DNA of 30,757 nucleotides from Breznakia blatticola. Lineage in GTDB: Bacteria > Bacillota_I > Bacilli_A > Erysipelotrichales > Erysipelotrichaceae. Shown here one piece after another: positions 16,785-26,836 of the stretch. Position numbers and translations under genes: made by a program. Under the pieces are notes generated by a model, which was not told the origin of the DNA, ran no database searches, and saw only the letters and a program-made list of their open reading frames with translations. The stretch covers positions 1-30,757 of the forward strand of contig NZ_SODD01000029.1 in the NCBI RefSeq assembly GCF_004365815.1, written 5' to 3'. The stretch's first letter is position 1. The number at the start of each line of letters is the position of its first letter.

Positions 16785-17800
16785 TATTTCCCCTCCTTCT
16801 TATTTAAATCAACATCTTCATATAAGAAACAACTTACATGGTGACGTGATTTGATTTTACATGTTGGAGGTTGTGATTCACGACATTTATCCATTACATT
16901 TGGACAACGGTCTGCGAAGTAACATCCTTTTGGTAAATATAAAGAGTTTGGTACAGAACCTTCGATCGTTGCTAAACGACCTCCTTCTGTATTAAGTGAA
17001 GGCATACTTGCCATTAACCCTTTTGTATATGGGTGTTTAGGGTTTGCAAACAATTCCTTAACTGGAGCTGTTTCCACTACTTTCCCTGCATACATAACGT
17101 TAACGTTATCTGCCATTTGCGCAACAACCCCAAGGTCATGCGTAATTAACATAATTGAAGTTCCAAGTTTCTTTTTCAAATCATTCATCAATGAAAGAAT
17201 TTGTGCTTGGATTGTAACATCTAATGCCGTTGTTGGCTCATCAGCAATCAACAGTTTTGGGTTACATGCAAGAGCCATCGCGATCATTACACGTTGACGC
17301 ATTCCCCCAGACAGTTGGTGAGGATAGTCCGTTACAACTTTTTCAGGACGTGCAATACCAACAAGTGTTAGCATTTCAACAGCACGTGCCTTAGCTTCTT
17401 CTTTTGTTACATCTTCGTGAAGCAATACAGCTTCCATAATTTGATCCCCAATTTTAAATACTGGGTTCAGTGAAGTCATTGGTTCTTGGAAAATCATTGA
17501 AATTTCATTTCCACGAATGTCACGAATTTCTTCATCAGACATTCCTACCATGTTTTTTCCTTCGTATTCGACAATACTTCCATCTACAATTTTCCCTGGT
17601 TCATCAACTAAACCAAGAATAGACATTGCAGTTACACTTTTTCCACATCCAGATTCACCAACGATTGCTAGTGTTTCGTTTTCATACATACGGAAGTTGT
17701 TTCCATCAACTGCCTTTGAAACTCCTTTTTCTGTGTAGAAATATACTTTTAGATCTCTAACATCTAATAATTTCTTGTTTCTAACTAATTCTGCCATCAT
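16784..17800 (-). CDS. oppD: Oligopeptide ABC transporter ATP-binding protein OppD
   Basis: Walker A GESGCGKS, the signature LSGGMRQR and Walker [12 protein letters not shown] are present. The C-terminal Cys motif reads GCYFADRCP. The second ATG at 17797 is an equally possible start. Confidence 0.9.
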   Translation of the reverse strand: MMAELVRNKKLLDVRDLKVYFYTEKGVSKAVDGNNFRMYENETLAIVGESGCGKSVTAMSILGLVDEPGKIVDGSIVEYEGKNMVGMSDEEIRDIRGNEISMIFQEPMTSLNPVFKIGDQIMEAVLLHEDVTKEEAKARAVEMLTLVGIARPEKVVTDYPHQLSGGMRQRVMIAMALACNPKLLIADEPTTALDVTIQAQILSLMNDLKKKLGTSIMLITHDLGVVAQMADNVNVMYAGKVVETAPVKELFANPKHPYTKGLMASMPSLNTEGGRLATIEGSVPNSLYLPKGCYFADRCPNVMDKCRESQPPTCKIKSRHHVSCFLYEDVDLNKKEGK

Positions 17801-17806
17801 ACACCT

Positions 17807-18727
17807 CTATCGTACATCTTTAGGATCAAGCGCGTCACGTAGACCCTCTCCAACTAGGTTAATGGAAATAACCGTTAAGAAACACATAACACCTGCTGGC
17901 ATCCATGTCCAAGGCATGTTTTGGAAACGTGAAATATCACGTGCAAGTTGCATTAAGTTTCCCCATGTCGGTGTTGGTTCTGTAACTCCCATCCCTAAGA
18001 ATGATAGTCCAGCTTCTGTTAAGATTGCACTTGCCATCGATAATGTAGCATTTACAATTACAATTGATAGTACGTTTGGAATCAAGTGTTTAAAGATTTT
18101 TGAGAAATCGCTTAACCCTAATGATTCACAAGCTTGCATAAATTCTTGTTCACGAAGTGATAAGATTTGCCCACGTACCAAACGCGCAAGCGTTGGCCAT
18201 GATAATAACCCAATCAAGAATGAAACAACAATCATTTTAATATTACCTTCTACCCACATCATCGTTGCTCCTAAGGCAATGATCATTGGTGTAAATGGTA
18301 ATGAATAAATAATTTCAGTAAAACGCATCAATAAGTTGTCAATTAGACCACCATAGTATCCTGCTGCTCCACCAATAATTACCCCTAATAATACAGTAAT
18401 TACAGCTGATACAACCCCTACTAAGATTGAAATACGTCCCCCTAGCAACAAACGGAATAGAACATCACGTCCTTGTTCATCTGTTCCTAGTAAGTGTGAT
18501 AAACTTGGTCCTTGCCCTTTAGCAGCGAAATCGAAATCATTAACGCTTTGTCCCATAATAATCGGTCCAAAAATAACCGCAAATACAATAATCACAAATA
18601 AAATAAGTCCTGCCATCGCAATTTTGTTTTTCTTAAATTTGTTCCACGCGATTCGCCACGGTCCAAGGACTTCTTGATCTTCTTCTCTTACAACCACATT
18701 TGGTTCAATAACTTGATCTTTACTCAT
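17807..18727 (-). CDS. oppC: Oligopeptide ABC transporter permease OppC
   Basis: This is a BPD-type permease with the EAA-loop region ESLGLSDFSKIFKHLIPN. I call the ATG at 18727 (SD AAGGGGGA) rather than the ORF maximum at 18781, which would overlap oppB. Confidence 0.88.
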   Translation of the reverse strand: MSKDQVIEPNVVVREEDQEVLGPWRIAWNKFKKNKIAMAGLILFVIIVFAVIFGPIIMGQSVNDFDFAAKGQGPSLSHLLGTDEQGRDVLFRLLLGGRISILVGVVSAVITVLLGVIIGGAAGYYGGLIDNLLMRFTEIIYSLPFTPMIIALGATMMWVEGNIKMIVVSFLIGLLSWPTLARLVRGQILSLREQEFMQACESLGLSDFSKIFKHLIPNVLSIVIVNATLSMASAILTEAGLSFLGMGVTEPTPTWGNLMQLARDISRFQNMPWTWMPAGVMCFLTVISINLVGEGLRDALDPKDVR

Positions 18728-18737
18728 ATGTCCCCCT

Positions 18738-19718
18738 TTACTCCGTTTTGATTCGTGGATCGACCACAGAATATAATACATCAGATAATAAGTTACCTAA
18801 TAACATCAATACAGCAGAGAATAATAACACAGCTGTTGTAACACTTAAGTCACGTGAGTTAATAGCTTCAATTAAAATCCATCCTAAACCTGGCCACAAG
18901 AAAACCGTTTCCAAAATCATTGCTCCACTGAATAGTGAAGGAATGTATGAACCAAGTAAAGTAACTAAAGGAATGAGGGCATTCTTAAAGGCATGACGGT
19001 AAATCACGACTTTTTCTTTCAATCCTTTCGCACGTGCTGTACGAATGTAATCTTGATTAATTACATCAATCATCGCATTACGAACATATCTCGATAACGA
19101 TGAGAAACTACCGAACGCAAGTACAATCACTGGAATTACCATGTGACTAGCAACATCGGCTAAGTTTGCAAAAATATTTGGATATCCAAAGGCTGCTTGA
19201 ATTGGATCACGCATACCGTTCATTGGTAATAATCCAAGTTGCAACGATAAGAAGAATACGAGAACTAACCCAAAGAAAAAGGTTGGTACTGATATTCCAA
19301 ATAAAGAGAATACGGTCCAAAAGTTATCAAATTTGGAGTATTTCTTTGTTGCTTGTTTGATTCCAATAGGAATGGAAACCAAAACTGCTAAAATAAGTGA
19401 AATTACATTTAATAAGAATGTATTCCAAATGTATTCACCAATTAATTCGGTAACTGGTTTTTTGTATTTAATTGACTCTCCTAAGTCACCTTGTACTAAA
19501 CGCCCTGCCCAACGAATGTATTGCTCATGCATCGGTCCGTTTAACCCCAACTGTTCACGGATTACTTCTTTTTGTTCAGGCGTAACTTTCGACCCCATAC
19601 CTAAATATGCGTTAACAGGATCCCCCGGCATACTTCGGACGGTCGCAAAAATCAATATTGAAATGATGAATATAACGGGAATCATATTCAACAAACGTTT
19701 CAATATGTACTTTATCAT
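18738..19718 (-). CDS. oppB: Oligopeptide ABC transporter permease OppB
   Basis: The N-terminus MIKYILKRLL...IFATVRSMPGDP is typical. The EAA-loop region reads RTARAKGLKEKVVIYRHAFKNALIP. SD AAGGAGG is present. Confidence 0.9.
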   Translation of the reverse strand: MIKYILKRLLNMIPVIFIISILIFATVRSMPGDPVNAYLGMGSKVTPEQKEVIREQLGLNGPMHEQYIRWAGRLVQGDLGESIKYKKPVTELIGEYIWNTFLLNVISLILAVLVSIPIGIKQATKKYSKFDNFWTVFSLFGISVPTFFFGLVLVFFLSLQLGLLPMNGMRDPIQAAFGYPNIFANLADVASHMVIPVIVLAFGSFSSLSRYVRNAMIDVINQDYIRTARAKGLKEKVVIYRHAFKNALIPLVTLLGSYIPSLFSGAMILETVFLWPGLGWILIEAINSRDLSVTTAVLLFSAVLMLLGNLLSDVLYSVVDPRIKTE

Positions 19719-19770
19719 AATAACCTCCTTTATGTTTCTAATCTAAATATACGCATTCCTTATTATATCA

Positions 19771-19803
19771 AAAACAGGAAAATAGGGAAAGATATTCTTT
19801 CCC
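19771..19803 (-). terminator. Intercistronic stem-loop between oppA and oppB (partial terminator or mRNA stabiliser)
   Basis: GGGAAAGA (19785-19792) pairs with TCTTTCCC (19796-19803). A U-rich tail follows on the minus strand. This is a common arrangement that raises oppA transcript levels over the permease genes. Confidence 0.55.
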
Positions 19804-19831
19804 CATTTTATCGTTTTCTAAATTCTAAACC

Positions 19832-21556
19832 CTATTTCATTTTTGCATCTTTTAATGCAGCAGTCCAGTTGTAGAATGTGTTAGTTTTAAATCCTTCGAT
19901 TTTGTCTTTGTTGTACATATCAAAGTATGTGTTTCCATATACTGGAACCTTAACACAAAGTTCTCCAAGTTTAACAGCGATTTTGTTGTACACTTCTTTT
20001 TGTGCATCTTCATCTAATGTACGAAGAGCTTCATCAAGTAATGCATCTAATTCAGGATCGCTAATTCTTGAAAGGTTATCTCCACCGTTTTTAGCTTCTG
20101 TTGAGTGGAAAGATGAGAAGATATCAACTTCAGTAGTTGTCCATGATGTTGCCATGAAGAAGATGTTCCATTCATTTAATGCATCATCACTGTATACTTT
20201 GTCTAATAATGTGTTGAAGTCAACAGTTGCGATTTTTACATCAGCTCCCATTTCTCCCCAGTTCTTTTGCCACATAGGGATAATGTTAGAAAGGATATCG
20301 TGGTCTTTGATTGTTAACGCTTTAATTTCTAAACGTTGTCCATCTTTAACACGGATTCCATCTGCTCCACGAACCCATCCAGCTTCGTCTAATACTTTGT
20401 TTGCTTTATCTAAATCGTAGTCAAAGCTATCTAATCCAGCGATTTCTTCAGTTCCACGTACGATGTCTCCCATGCTTGATCCTGGGTTTGCGTACATTTG
20501 AGGAACGTAAGCACCTACACCAGGAATTCCTTTACAGTCTGGACATTCGTAGTAAGAATCTACGAACGCTTGACGGTCAAATCCGTACATCATAGCTTTA
20601 CGTACAGCTACATCACTTGTTACACCTGATGCAGTGTTCATTTCAACGTATCCCATACCTGCACGTGGGTAAGTAGAGAAATCTACGAAGTCAGTTCCAG
20701 AAGCTGGTCCAACTTTTTTAGGTTCGATCATACCTGCAAGCATGTCTACTGATTTGTTTTTTAATTCTGTCCAGTCAGTTGTCATTTCTACTGGTTTAAT
20801 AATTACTTTAGCGATTTCGAATCCTTCACCCCAGTAACTTTCGCTCTTTTCGAATACAGCACCTGTTGCAGCATCCCAAGATTTCATTACGTAAGGTCCA
20901 GTTCCGTTTGGTTCACCCATTGCATCTTTAACTACTTTAACATCACCAAATGCGTAGTCAGCGAAGTCTTCAGCGTTAACGATTGCTTGTTTAGCAACTG
21001 TTAATAAGTTATCTGAACGTGCTTCAGTAAATGTAAATTGAATTTCTGTATCAGAAATAACTTTAATTCCTGTGAAGTCTTCTAATTTACCTGAACCACC
21101 TTCATATTTTTTAGTATCTGGGTTCATTACCCCACGGTAAGCGTCAAGTCCTTCTAAGTAAAGAACTTTTGCTGAGTAACGTCCATCGTATGATGGGTCT
21201 GCTAATACTTGGAAAGTAAATGCAACGTCATCTGCAGTTAACGGATCACCGTTAGAGAATTTAATATCTTTTTGTAATTTAAACGTAATTGTTTTTCCAT
21301 CTTCGCTAATTGTTGGTTCTTCTTTAGCTAATTCTGGAACTAATACGTCATCTTTGTCATAATCCATTAATGAATCATAAGCTAAATCTACAACGTATCC
21401 GTCGTAACTACTTGCGTAGTATAGTGGAGAGAATGTCCCTGTTAATTTCTCTGCTCCCATCACAAATGTGTCTGAGCTTTCTGATGATGATCCTCCACAC
21501 GCAACAAGCGTAATCATCATCGCGAAACAAGATAATAATGTTAATACTTTTTTCAC
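19832..21556 (-). CDS. oppA: Oligopeptide-binding lipoprotein (family 5 SBP), OppA-like
   Basis: The signal peptide carries the lipobox LVAC-GGSS and the protein is a ~570-aa family-5 SBP. I call the GTG at 21556 (10 nt after GAGGAGG) rather than the TTG at 21565 (1 nt after the SD). Confidence 0.88.
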   Translation of the reverse strand: MKKVLTLLSCFAMMITLVACGGSSSESSDTFVMGAEKLTGTFSPLYYASSYDGYVVDLAYDSLMDYDKDDVLVPELAKEEPTISEDGKTITFKLQKDIKFSNGDPLTADDVAFTFQVLADPSYDGRYSAKVLYLEGLDAYRGVMNPDTKKYEGGSGKLEDFTGIKVISDTEIQFTFTEARSDNLLTVAKQAIVNAEDFADYAFGDVKVVKDAMGEPNGTGPYVMKSWDAATGAVFEKSESYWGEGFEIAKVIIKPVEMTTDWTELKNKSVDMLAGMIEPKKVGPASGTDFVDFSTYPRAGMGYVEMNTASGVTSDVAVRKAMMYGFDRQAFVDSYYECPDCKGIPGVGAYVPQMYANPGSSMGDIVRGTEEIAGLDSFDYDLDKANKVLDEAGWVRGADGIRVKDGQRLEIKALTIKDHDILSNIIPMWQKNWGEMGADVKIATVDFNTLLDKVYSDDALNEWNIFFMATSWTTTEVDIFSSFHSTEAKNGGDNLSRISDPELDALLDEALRTLDEDAQKEVYNKIAVKLGELCVKVPVYGNTYFDMYNKDKIEGFKTNTFYNWTAALKDAKMK

Positions 21557-21598
21557 TTTGTTCAAGCCTCCTCTTTATATAATTCCTTGAATGATATC

Positions 21599-21627
21599 AT
21601 TTTACAATGTTTTTGAAAGTAATACAA
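21599..21627 (-). promoter_or_regulatory. Candidate oppA promoter
   Basis: On the minus strand, TTGTAT (21622-21627) is followed by a 17-nt spacer and TAAAAT (21599-21604). Confidence 0.4.
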
Positions 21628-21743
21628 CACAATTACGTAATTAGTTTCATTTTTTACATCAATTAATGTAATTTTTTTCAATGTTTGCAAATTATAACAT
21701 TATGTAATTATTTATGATAAAGTATTTACAGAGGTGATAACAT

Positions 21744-23237
21744 ATGAATTTAGAGACATTAAGAAACAACTATGAAACTTACAAAAACAAGGTTGCTGCA
21801 TATGGACTTGCACAAAATTCCATTCATTTTGATTTAGCAACTAGTGCACCAGAAGATGGAAAACCATATCTTGGAGAAATGAGTTCTATCCTATCTGGAG
21901 AAATTTTCAGTTACATTACAGATGCACAAAATGTAAAGATGATTGAAGACTTGCGTGATACAACAGATGATCCATTAGAAAAACAAGAATGTGAACTGCG
22001 TTTACGCGATTTATACAATACTGTGAAAATACCAAAGGATATTTACATTGATTATCAACTAGAACTTGCCAAAAGCCAACGCATTTGGGAAGAAGCAAAA
22101 GAAACAAATAATTGGCCACTATTTAAAGATGAACTTGTGACTGTTATTAATAAAACAAAGAAATTACATGAATACTATAATATAGAAGGAAGCGTTTATG
22201 ACTTTATGCTTGATCAATTCCAAATTGGAATGAATACAAAGAAATACGATGCCTTCTTCCAAACTATCAAAGATGAACTTGTTCCTTTTATTAAAAAGTT
22301 AAAGGAAACTACACAAATTGATGATGCTCCATTATTTGGATCATTTCCAAGTGAGAAGCAAGCACAATTTACAGAAATCTTAAAAGAAACATTAGCTATG
22401 GATCCTAAGAAAATCTACATTACCGAAAGTATCCATCCATTTACAAGTTTCTTTTCTAGCCAAGATGCACGATTCACAACACGATACCATGAAAATAGTT
22501 TAATGAGTGCAATCTTATCAACTATCCACGAATATGGACATGCACTATATGTATTGCAAGTAAATCCTGCATATGAAAGAACTACATTCTTTAGCTCTAT
22601 TGGATTTGCCATGCATGAAAGTCAATCGCGTTTACTAGAAAACCATGTAGGGCGCGCAAAAGGATTCTGGCAATTAAATTATCCAAGTTTACAAGCATTA
22701 TTTAATGATGATCTAAAAGATGTAACATTTGATGCGTTCATGAAAATGATCAACAAAGCAAATCCAAGTTTAATTCGAATTGAAGCCGATGAACTTACAT
22801 ACCCTTTACATATTCTCATTCGTTATGAACTTGAAAAGATGATTTTCAATGAAGATATTGATTTAGATAACCTGGATGTATTATGGGCTGATAAATATGA
22901 AGAGTATTTAGGTGTTCGCCCTAGCAATGCAAGTGAAGGTATCTTACAAGATATGCACTGGTCGGCTGCATACTTTGGATACTTCCCTACATATGCTTTA
23001 GGTAGTGCGTTTGCTGCACAGTTCTACAACCAAATGGACAAAGACTTTGATGTACAAGAAACAATTGCACAAGGTAACTTTACAAAAGTACAAGATTGGT
23101 TAGCTACAAATATTCACCAATATGGTGCAAGCAAAACAAGTGATGAAATTATCCAAGAAGTATGTGGTGAACCATTTGATGCACACTACTATACAGACTA
23201 CTTAATCAAGAAATTTAGTAGGCTATATAATATATAA
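21744..23237 (+). CDS. M32-family metallocarboxypeptidase (Taq-type carboxypeptidase)
   Basis: Motifs HEYGHALY (HExxH), HESQSR and IRIEADELTYPLHI are characteristic of M32. SD GAGGTG is present. No signal peptide is visible. Confidence 0.88.
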   Translation: MNLETLRNNYETYKNKVAAYGLAQNSIHFDLATSAPEDGKPYLGEMSSILSGEIFSYITDAQNVKMIEDLRDTTDDPLEKQECELRLRDLYNTVKIPKDIYIDYQLELAKSQRIWEEAKETNNWPLFKDELVTVINKTKKLHEYYNIEGSVYDFMLDQFQIGMNTKKYDAFFQTIKDELVPFIKKLKETTQIDDAPLFGSFPSEKQAQFTEILKETLAMDPKKIYITESIHPFTSFFSSQDARFTTRYHENSLMSAILSTIHEYGHALYVLQVNPAYERTTFFSSIGFAMHESQSRLLENHVGRAKGFWQLNYPSLQALFNDDLKDVTFDAFMKMINKANPSLIRIEADELTYPLHILIRYELEKMIFNEDIDLDNLDVLWADKYEEYLGVRPSNASEGILQDMHWSAAYFGYFPTYALGSAFAAQFYNQMDKDFDVQETIAQGNFTKVQDWLATNIHQYGASKTSDEIIQEVCGEPFDAHYYTDYLIKKFSRLYNI

Positions 23238-23251
23238 AAAAGGAGCGACAC

Positions 23252-25255
23252 ATGAGAAAGATTGAATTACGCGATTTCTTAGATTTTAAACATCTAAGTC
23301 AATTGAAAGTAAAAGATAAAAATGCGATCTATGTTGAAACAGTAATGAACGCTGATGACAACGTGTATGAAAGTGATCTTTATCAAATTAGTGAGATTAC
23401 GATCAAAACTGAAGACAATACGTTGTATCACACAGGAGATAGCAAACGTAAACGTCTAACAAATTCCAAAGATGTTAGCAACTTCATCTACACAGATAAA
23501 GATACCATTCTATTTGCAAGTATGCGTGATCCTAAAGATAAAGAGCGCGCAAAAAACGGTGAAAGTTTCACAAGTTTTTATGAATTACACACAAAAGGTG
23601 GAGAAGCAATAAAAGCTTTTGAAATTCCTTTTCCAGTAAGCGATATTAAATTCATTGATAGTAATACATATATCGTAAACGTAAGTTATGACTTGCGTTA
23701 TACACCTATGTTAGAAGATGGCAAAAAAGAAGAAGTAGCAAAAGCAAAGAATGCCAACAAAGACTGGGAAGAACTGACAAAAATCCCATTTGTTCAAAAT
23801 GGTGGTGATTATATTGGTTATGCTGTATCACGTTTATATCTATATACACGCGACACAAACAAACTTACAGCAATCACTAACACATATGAAAATGCCTATA
23901 TCTTAGATGTCTCTAAAGATAAAGAAAAAGTACTCTTCGCTACAAGCAAAGACGTCGCAAAACCAAGTATGAAAGAAGGCTTAAGTCAAGTAAACCTTAA
24001 AGACTTAAGTGTTGAAGAACTCGTGAAGGAAAGTGAATACAGTATTGCAACTGCATTCTATCGTAGTCATGACATCCTTGTTCTTGCCAATAAGGAAACA
24101 CCTTACGGAATTAACGAGAACGTAAAATTCTTCAGCTATGCAAATGAAACAATGACCCTTCTTTCAAATCCAGATCGTGCATTTGGAAACAGTGTAGGAA
24201 GTGATGTTCGCTATGGTGGCGGATTCAACATGAAAATGTTGAACGATACACTGTATATTCTTTCTACAGAAACATGTACATGTAACTTATACAAGTTAAC
24301 AGCAGACAATCACTTTGAACTGGTACTAGATGTTGATGGAAGTATTGATGCATTTGATACGGAAGATGGTCAAGATTTCTATTACATTGGACTTATTGAA
24401 CAAAACTTACAAGAAATCTACAAAAATAAGAAAGCAATCACACACATCAACACAACGCTTGATGATGCATACGTTGCTACACCTGAAATCGTAACGTATA
24501 AAAATGAAGATTATGATATGGAAGGATATGTCTTATTACCAAAAGACTATGATCCTGCTAAATCATATCCTGCTATTTTAGATATTCATGGTGGTCCAAA
24601 AACCGTCTATGGAAAAGTGTATTACCATGAAATGCAAGTATGGGCTAACCAAGGGTATTTCGTCTTCTTTACAAACCCAAGAGGAAGTGATGGTCGTGGA
24701 AATGATTTCATGGATATCTTTGGTAAATATGGAACAATTGATTATGATGACTTAATGGTTTTCACAGATGAGGTACTAAAAAAATATCCTGCCATCGATA
24801 CAAATCGTTTAGGTGTAACTGGTGGAAGTTATGGTGGGTTTATGACCAACTGGATTATTACTCACACGGATCGTTTCAAAGTTGCAGCAACCCAACGTTG
24901 TATTTCTAACTGGGTAAGTTTCTATGGAACAAGTGATATCGGTTTCTACTTTGCACCTGATCAAAACAAGGGAGATATCTTTAGTGATAAGGGAATTGCC
25001 AAACTATGGGAACACTCTCCACTAAAATATATCAGCAATGTAAAAACACCAACTTTGATTATTCACAGTGATAAAGATTACCGTTGTCCACTTGAACAAG
25101 CAGAACAATTATTTACTGCATTAAAAGTTCTTGGTGTAGAAAGTAAAATGGTTGTCTTCCACGGAGATAACCATGACTTATCACGTTCAGGAAAAATCCA
25201 AAGCCGCATAAAACGTCTATCTGAAATTACAGATTGGATGAATGCACATCTATAA
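23252..25255 (+). CDS. S9-family serine peptidase (prolyl oligopeptidase / acylaminoacyl-peptidase type)
   Basis: An N-terminal beta-propeller-like region is followed by a C-terminal alpha/beta hydrolase. The nucleophile motif is GGSYGG, the Asp lies in HSDKDYRCP and the His in HGDNHDL. SD AAGGAG is present. Confidence 0.88.
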   Translation: MRKIELRDFLDFKHLSQLKVKDKNAIYVETVMNADDNVYESDLYQISEITIKTEDNTLYHTGDSKRKRLTNSKDVSNFIYTDKDTILFASMRDPKDKERAKNGESFTSFYELHTKGGEAIKAFEIPFPVSDIKFIDSNTYIVNVSYDLRYTPMLEDGKKEEVAKAKNANKDWEELTKIPFVQNGGDYIGYAVSRLYLYTRDTNKLTAITNTYENAYILDVSKDKEKVLFATSKDVAKPSMKEGLSQVNLKDLSVEELVKESEYSIATAFYRSHDILVLANKETPYGINENVKFFSYANETMTLLSNPDRAFGNSVGSDVRYGGGFNMKMLNDTLYILSTETCTCNLYKLTADNHFELVLDVDGSIDAFDTEDGQDFYYIGLIEQNLQEIYKNKKAITHINTTLDDAYVATPEIVTYKNEDYDMEGYVLLPKDYDPAKSYPAILDIHGGPKTVYGKVYYHEMQVWANQGYFVFFTNPRGSDGRGNDFMDIFGKYGTIDYDDLMVFTDEVLKKYPAIDTNRLGVTGGSYGGFMTNWIITHTDRFKVAATQRCISNWVSFYGTSDIGFYFAPDQNKGDIFSDKGIAKLWEHSPLKYISNVKTPTLIIHSDKDYRCPLEQAEQLFTALKVLGVESKMVVFHGDNHDLSRSGKIQSRIKRLSEITDWMNAHL

Positions 25256-25260
25256 ACCTA

Positions 25261-25286
25261 GAGACCGCAAGGTCTCTTTTCATTTG
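25261..25286 (+). terminator. Intrinsic terminator after the S9 peptidase gene
   Basis: AGAGACC (25261-25267) pairs with GGTCTCT (25272-25278) around the loop GCAA, followed by TTTCATTT. Confidence 0.65.
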
Positions 25287-25360
25287 TCTTACTAACTGTT
25301 TTATAAACATCGGCATATAATAAAACTAAGGATATTTATAAAATAAAGGAGGAATTATAA

Positions 25361-26767
25361 ATGAAGAAACGTTATGAAGGTGATTGTACAACCATCCTTG
25401 TTGGAAAGAAAGCAAGCATTGATGGTTCAACTATGATTGCCCGTAATGAAGATGGACATGAAGCAATCGGTCCAAAACAATTTATTTTAGTAAAACCTGA
25501 GGATCAACCAAAACACTACAAAGCTATCTTAAGTAAATTGGAACTTGATTTACCAGATAACCCACTACCTTATACATGTATGCCCGATGCAACAAGAGAA
25601 AGAGGAATTTGGGGAGAAGCGGGAATCAATAGTAGAAATGTTGCAATGAGTGCAACCGAAACAATTACTACCAATGCCCGTATCTTAGCAGCTGACCCCT
25701 ATGTTGAAAATGGCTTTGGTGAAGAAGATATTTTCACCTTAGTTCTACCATATATTCATAGTGCAAAAGAAGGAATCTTACGTATGGCGAAACTACTTGA
25801 AACGTATGGAACCTATGAACCAAATGGTATTGCCTTTAGTGATGCCGATGAAATATGGTGGATTGAAACCATCGGTGGACATAACTGGGCAGCTATTCGC
25901 GTACCTGATGATTCATATGTAGTAGCAAGTAATCGATTTGGAATTGATCAATTTGATTTTAATAGCCCAGATTGTATGTATTCTAAAGGTTTACCTAAAC
26001 TTATTGATGACTACAAGTTAAATCCATTACCTAATGGACCACTAAACTTACGTAAAATATTTGGTAGTTATCTAACAAAAGATCACCACTACAACAACCC
26101 TCGGGTTTGGTATGTACAACGCTATTTCAATCCAAAGATTGAACAAGACCCACAAGATGGAGACATTCCATTTGTGCGTAAAGCAGATCAATTGATAACA
26201 CCAGAAGATATCAAATTCTTACTGAGTTCGCATTATGAAGACACACCATTTGACCCATACGATTTAGCTAGTCCAAATCGTCGTTTATTCCGCCCAATTG
26301 GAATCAATCGAAACCACTGTGCCCATATACTACAAATTCGTAACGATGTGCCTAGTGAACTTGCTGGATTGCATTGGGTAGGATTTGGACCAAACAGTTT
26401 TAACAGTTTTGTTCCTTTCTATAGTAATATAAGTGAAACACCAACCCGCTACAAGGATACAACTGGAACTTGTGATATGAATAATATGTATTGGTTAAGT
26501 TGTAACCTCGCTTTATTAGGTGATGCAAATTATGACTTATACAAAGATAGTCATACAAAATATTTACTTGATGCGACTGCAAGTTATCGCAAACGCATTC
26601 AAGATGCAGATAAGGAAGCAATGAATATGGATGATGTTCAAGCATACTTAGAAACAGTGAATCGCGAACAATCTGAAGACTCTTATGATCGTGCAAATGC
26701 GCTACTTCAAGAAATGATGGAAGTAGGAACTACACACATGATTCTTCGCTATACACAAGGCGATTAA
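25361..26767 (+). CDS. C69-family dipeptidase (PepD/dipeptidase A type)
   Basis: The N-terminal nucleophile context is GDCTTILVGKKASIDGSTMIARNED. The ORF is 468 aa. SD AAGGAGG is present. Confidence 0.85.
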   Translation: MKKRYEGDCTTILVGKKASIDGSTMIARNEDGHEAIGPKQFILVKPEDQPKHYKAILSKLELDLPDNPLPYTCMPDATRERGIWGEAGINSRNVAMSATETITTNARILAADPYVENGFGEEDIFTLVLPYIHSAKEGILRMAKLLETYGTYEPNGIAFSDADEIWWIETIGGHNWAAIRVPDDSYVVASNRFGIDQFDFNSPDCMYSKGLPKLIDDYKLNPLPNGPLNLRKIFGSYLTKDHHYNNPRVWYVQRYFNPKIEQDPQDGDIPFVRKADQLITPEDIKFLLSSHYEDTPFDPYDLASPNRRLFRPIGINRNHCAHILQIRNDVPSELAGLHWVGFGPNSFNSFVPFYSNISETPTRYKDTTGTCDMNNMYWLSCNLALLGDANYDLYKDSHTKYLLDATASYRKRIQDADKEAMNMDDVQAYLETVNREQSEDSYDRANALLQEMMEVGTTHMILRYTQGD

Positions 26768-26786
26768 AACCTTCTTAATAACACAC

Positions 26787-26816
26787 AAAAGCACACCGCG
26801 TGATGTGCTTTTTGTT
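26787..26816. terminator. Bidirectional terminator shared by the convergent dipeptidase and regulator genes
   Basis: AGCACA (26790-26795) pairs with TGTGCT (26804-26809). AAAA lies upstream and TTTTGTTTG downstream. Confidence 0.6.
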
Positions 26817-26836
26817 TGTTATTAACTATGCTGTAA

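Noticed and set aside
21606-21620. A CodY-box-like sequence (ATGTTTTTGAAAGTA) in the spacer of the candidate oppA promoter, and a second one near 21669.
   Set aside because: Each matches only about 10 of 15 positions of AATTTTCWGAAAATT. In such AT-rich DNA this is expected by chance, so a weight-matrix scan is needed before any claim.
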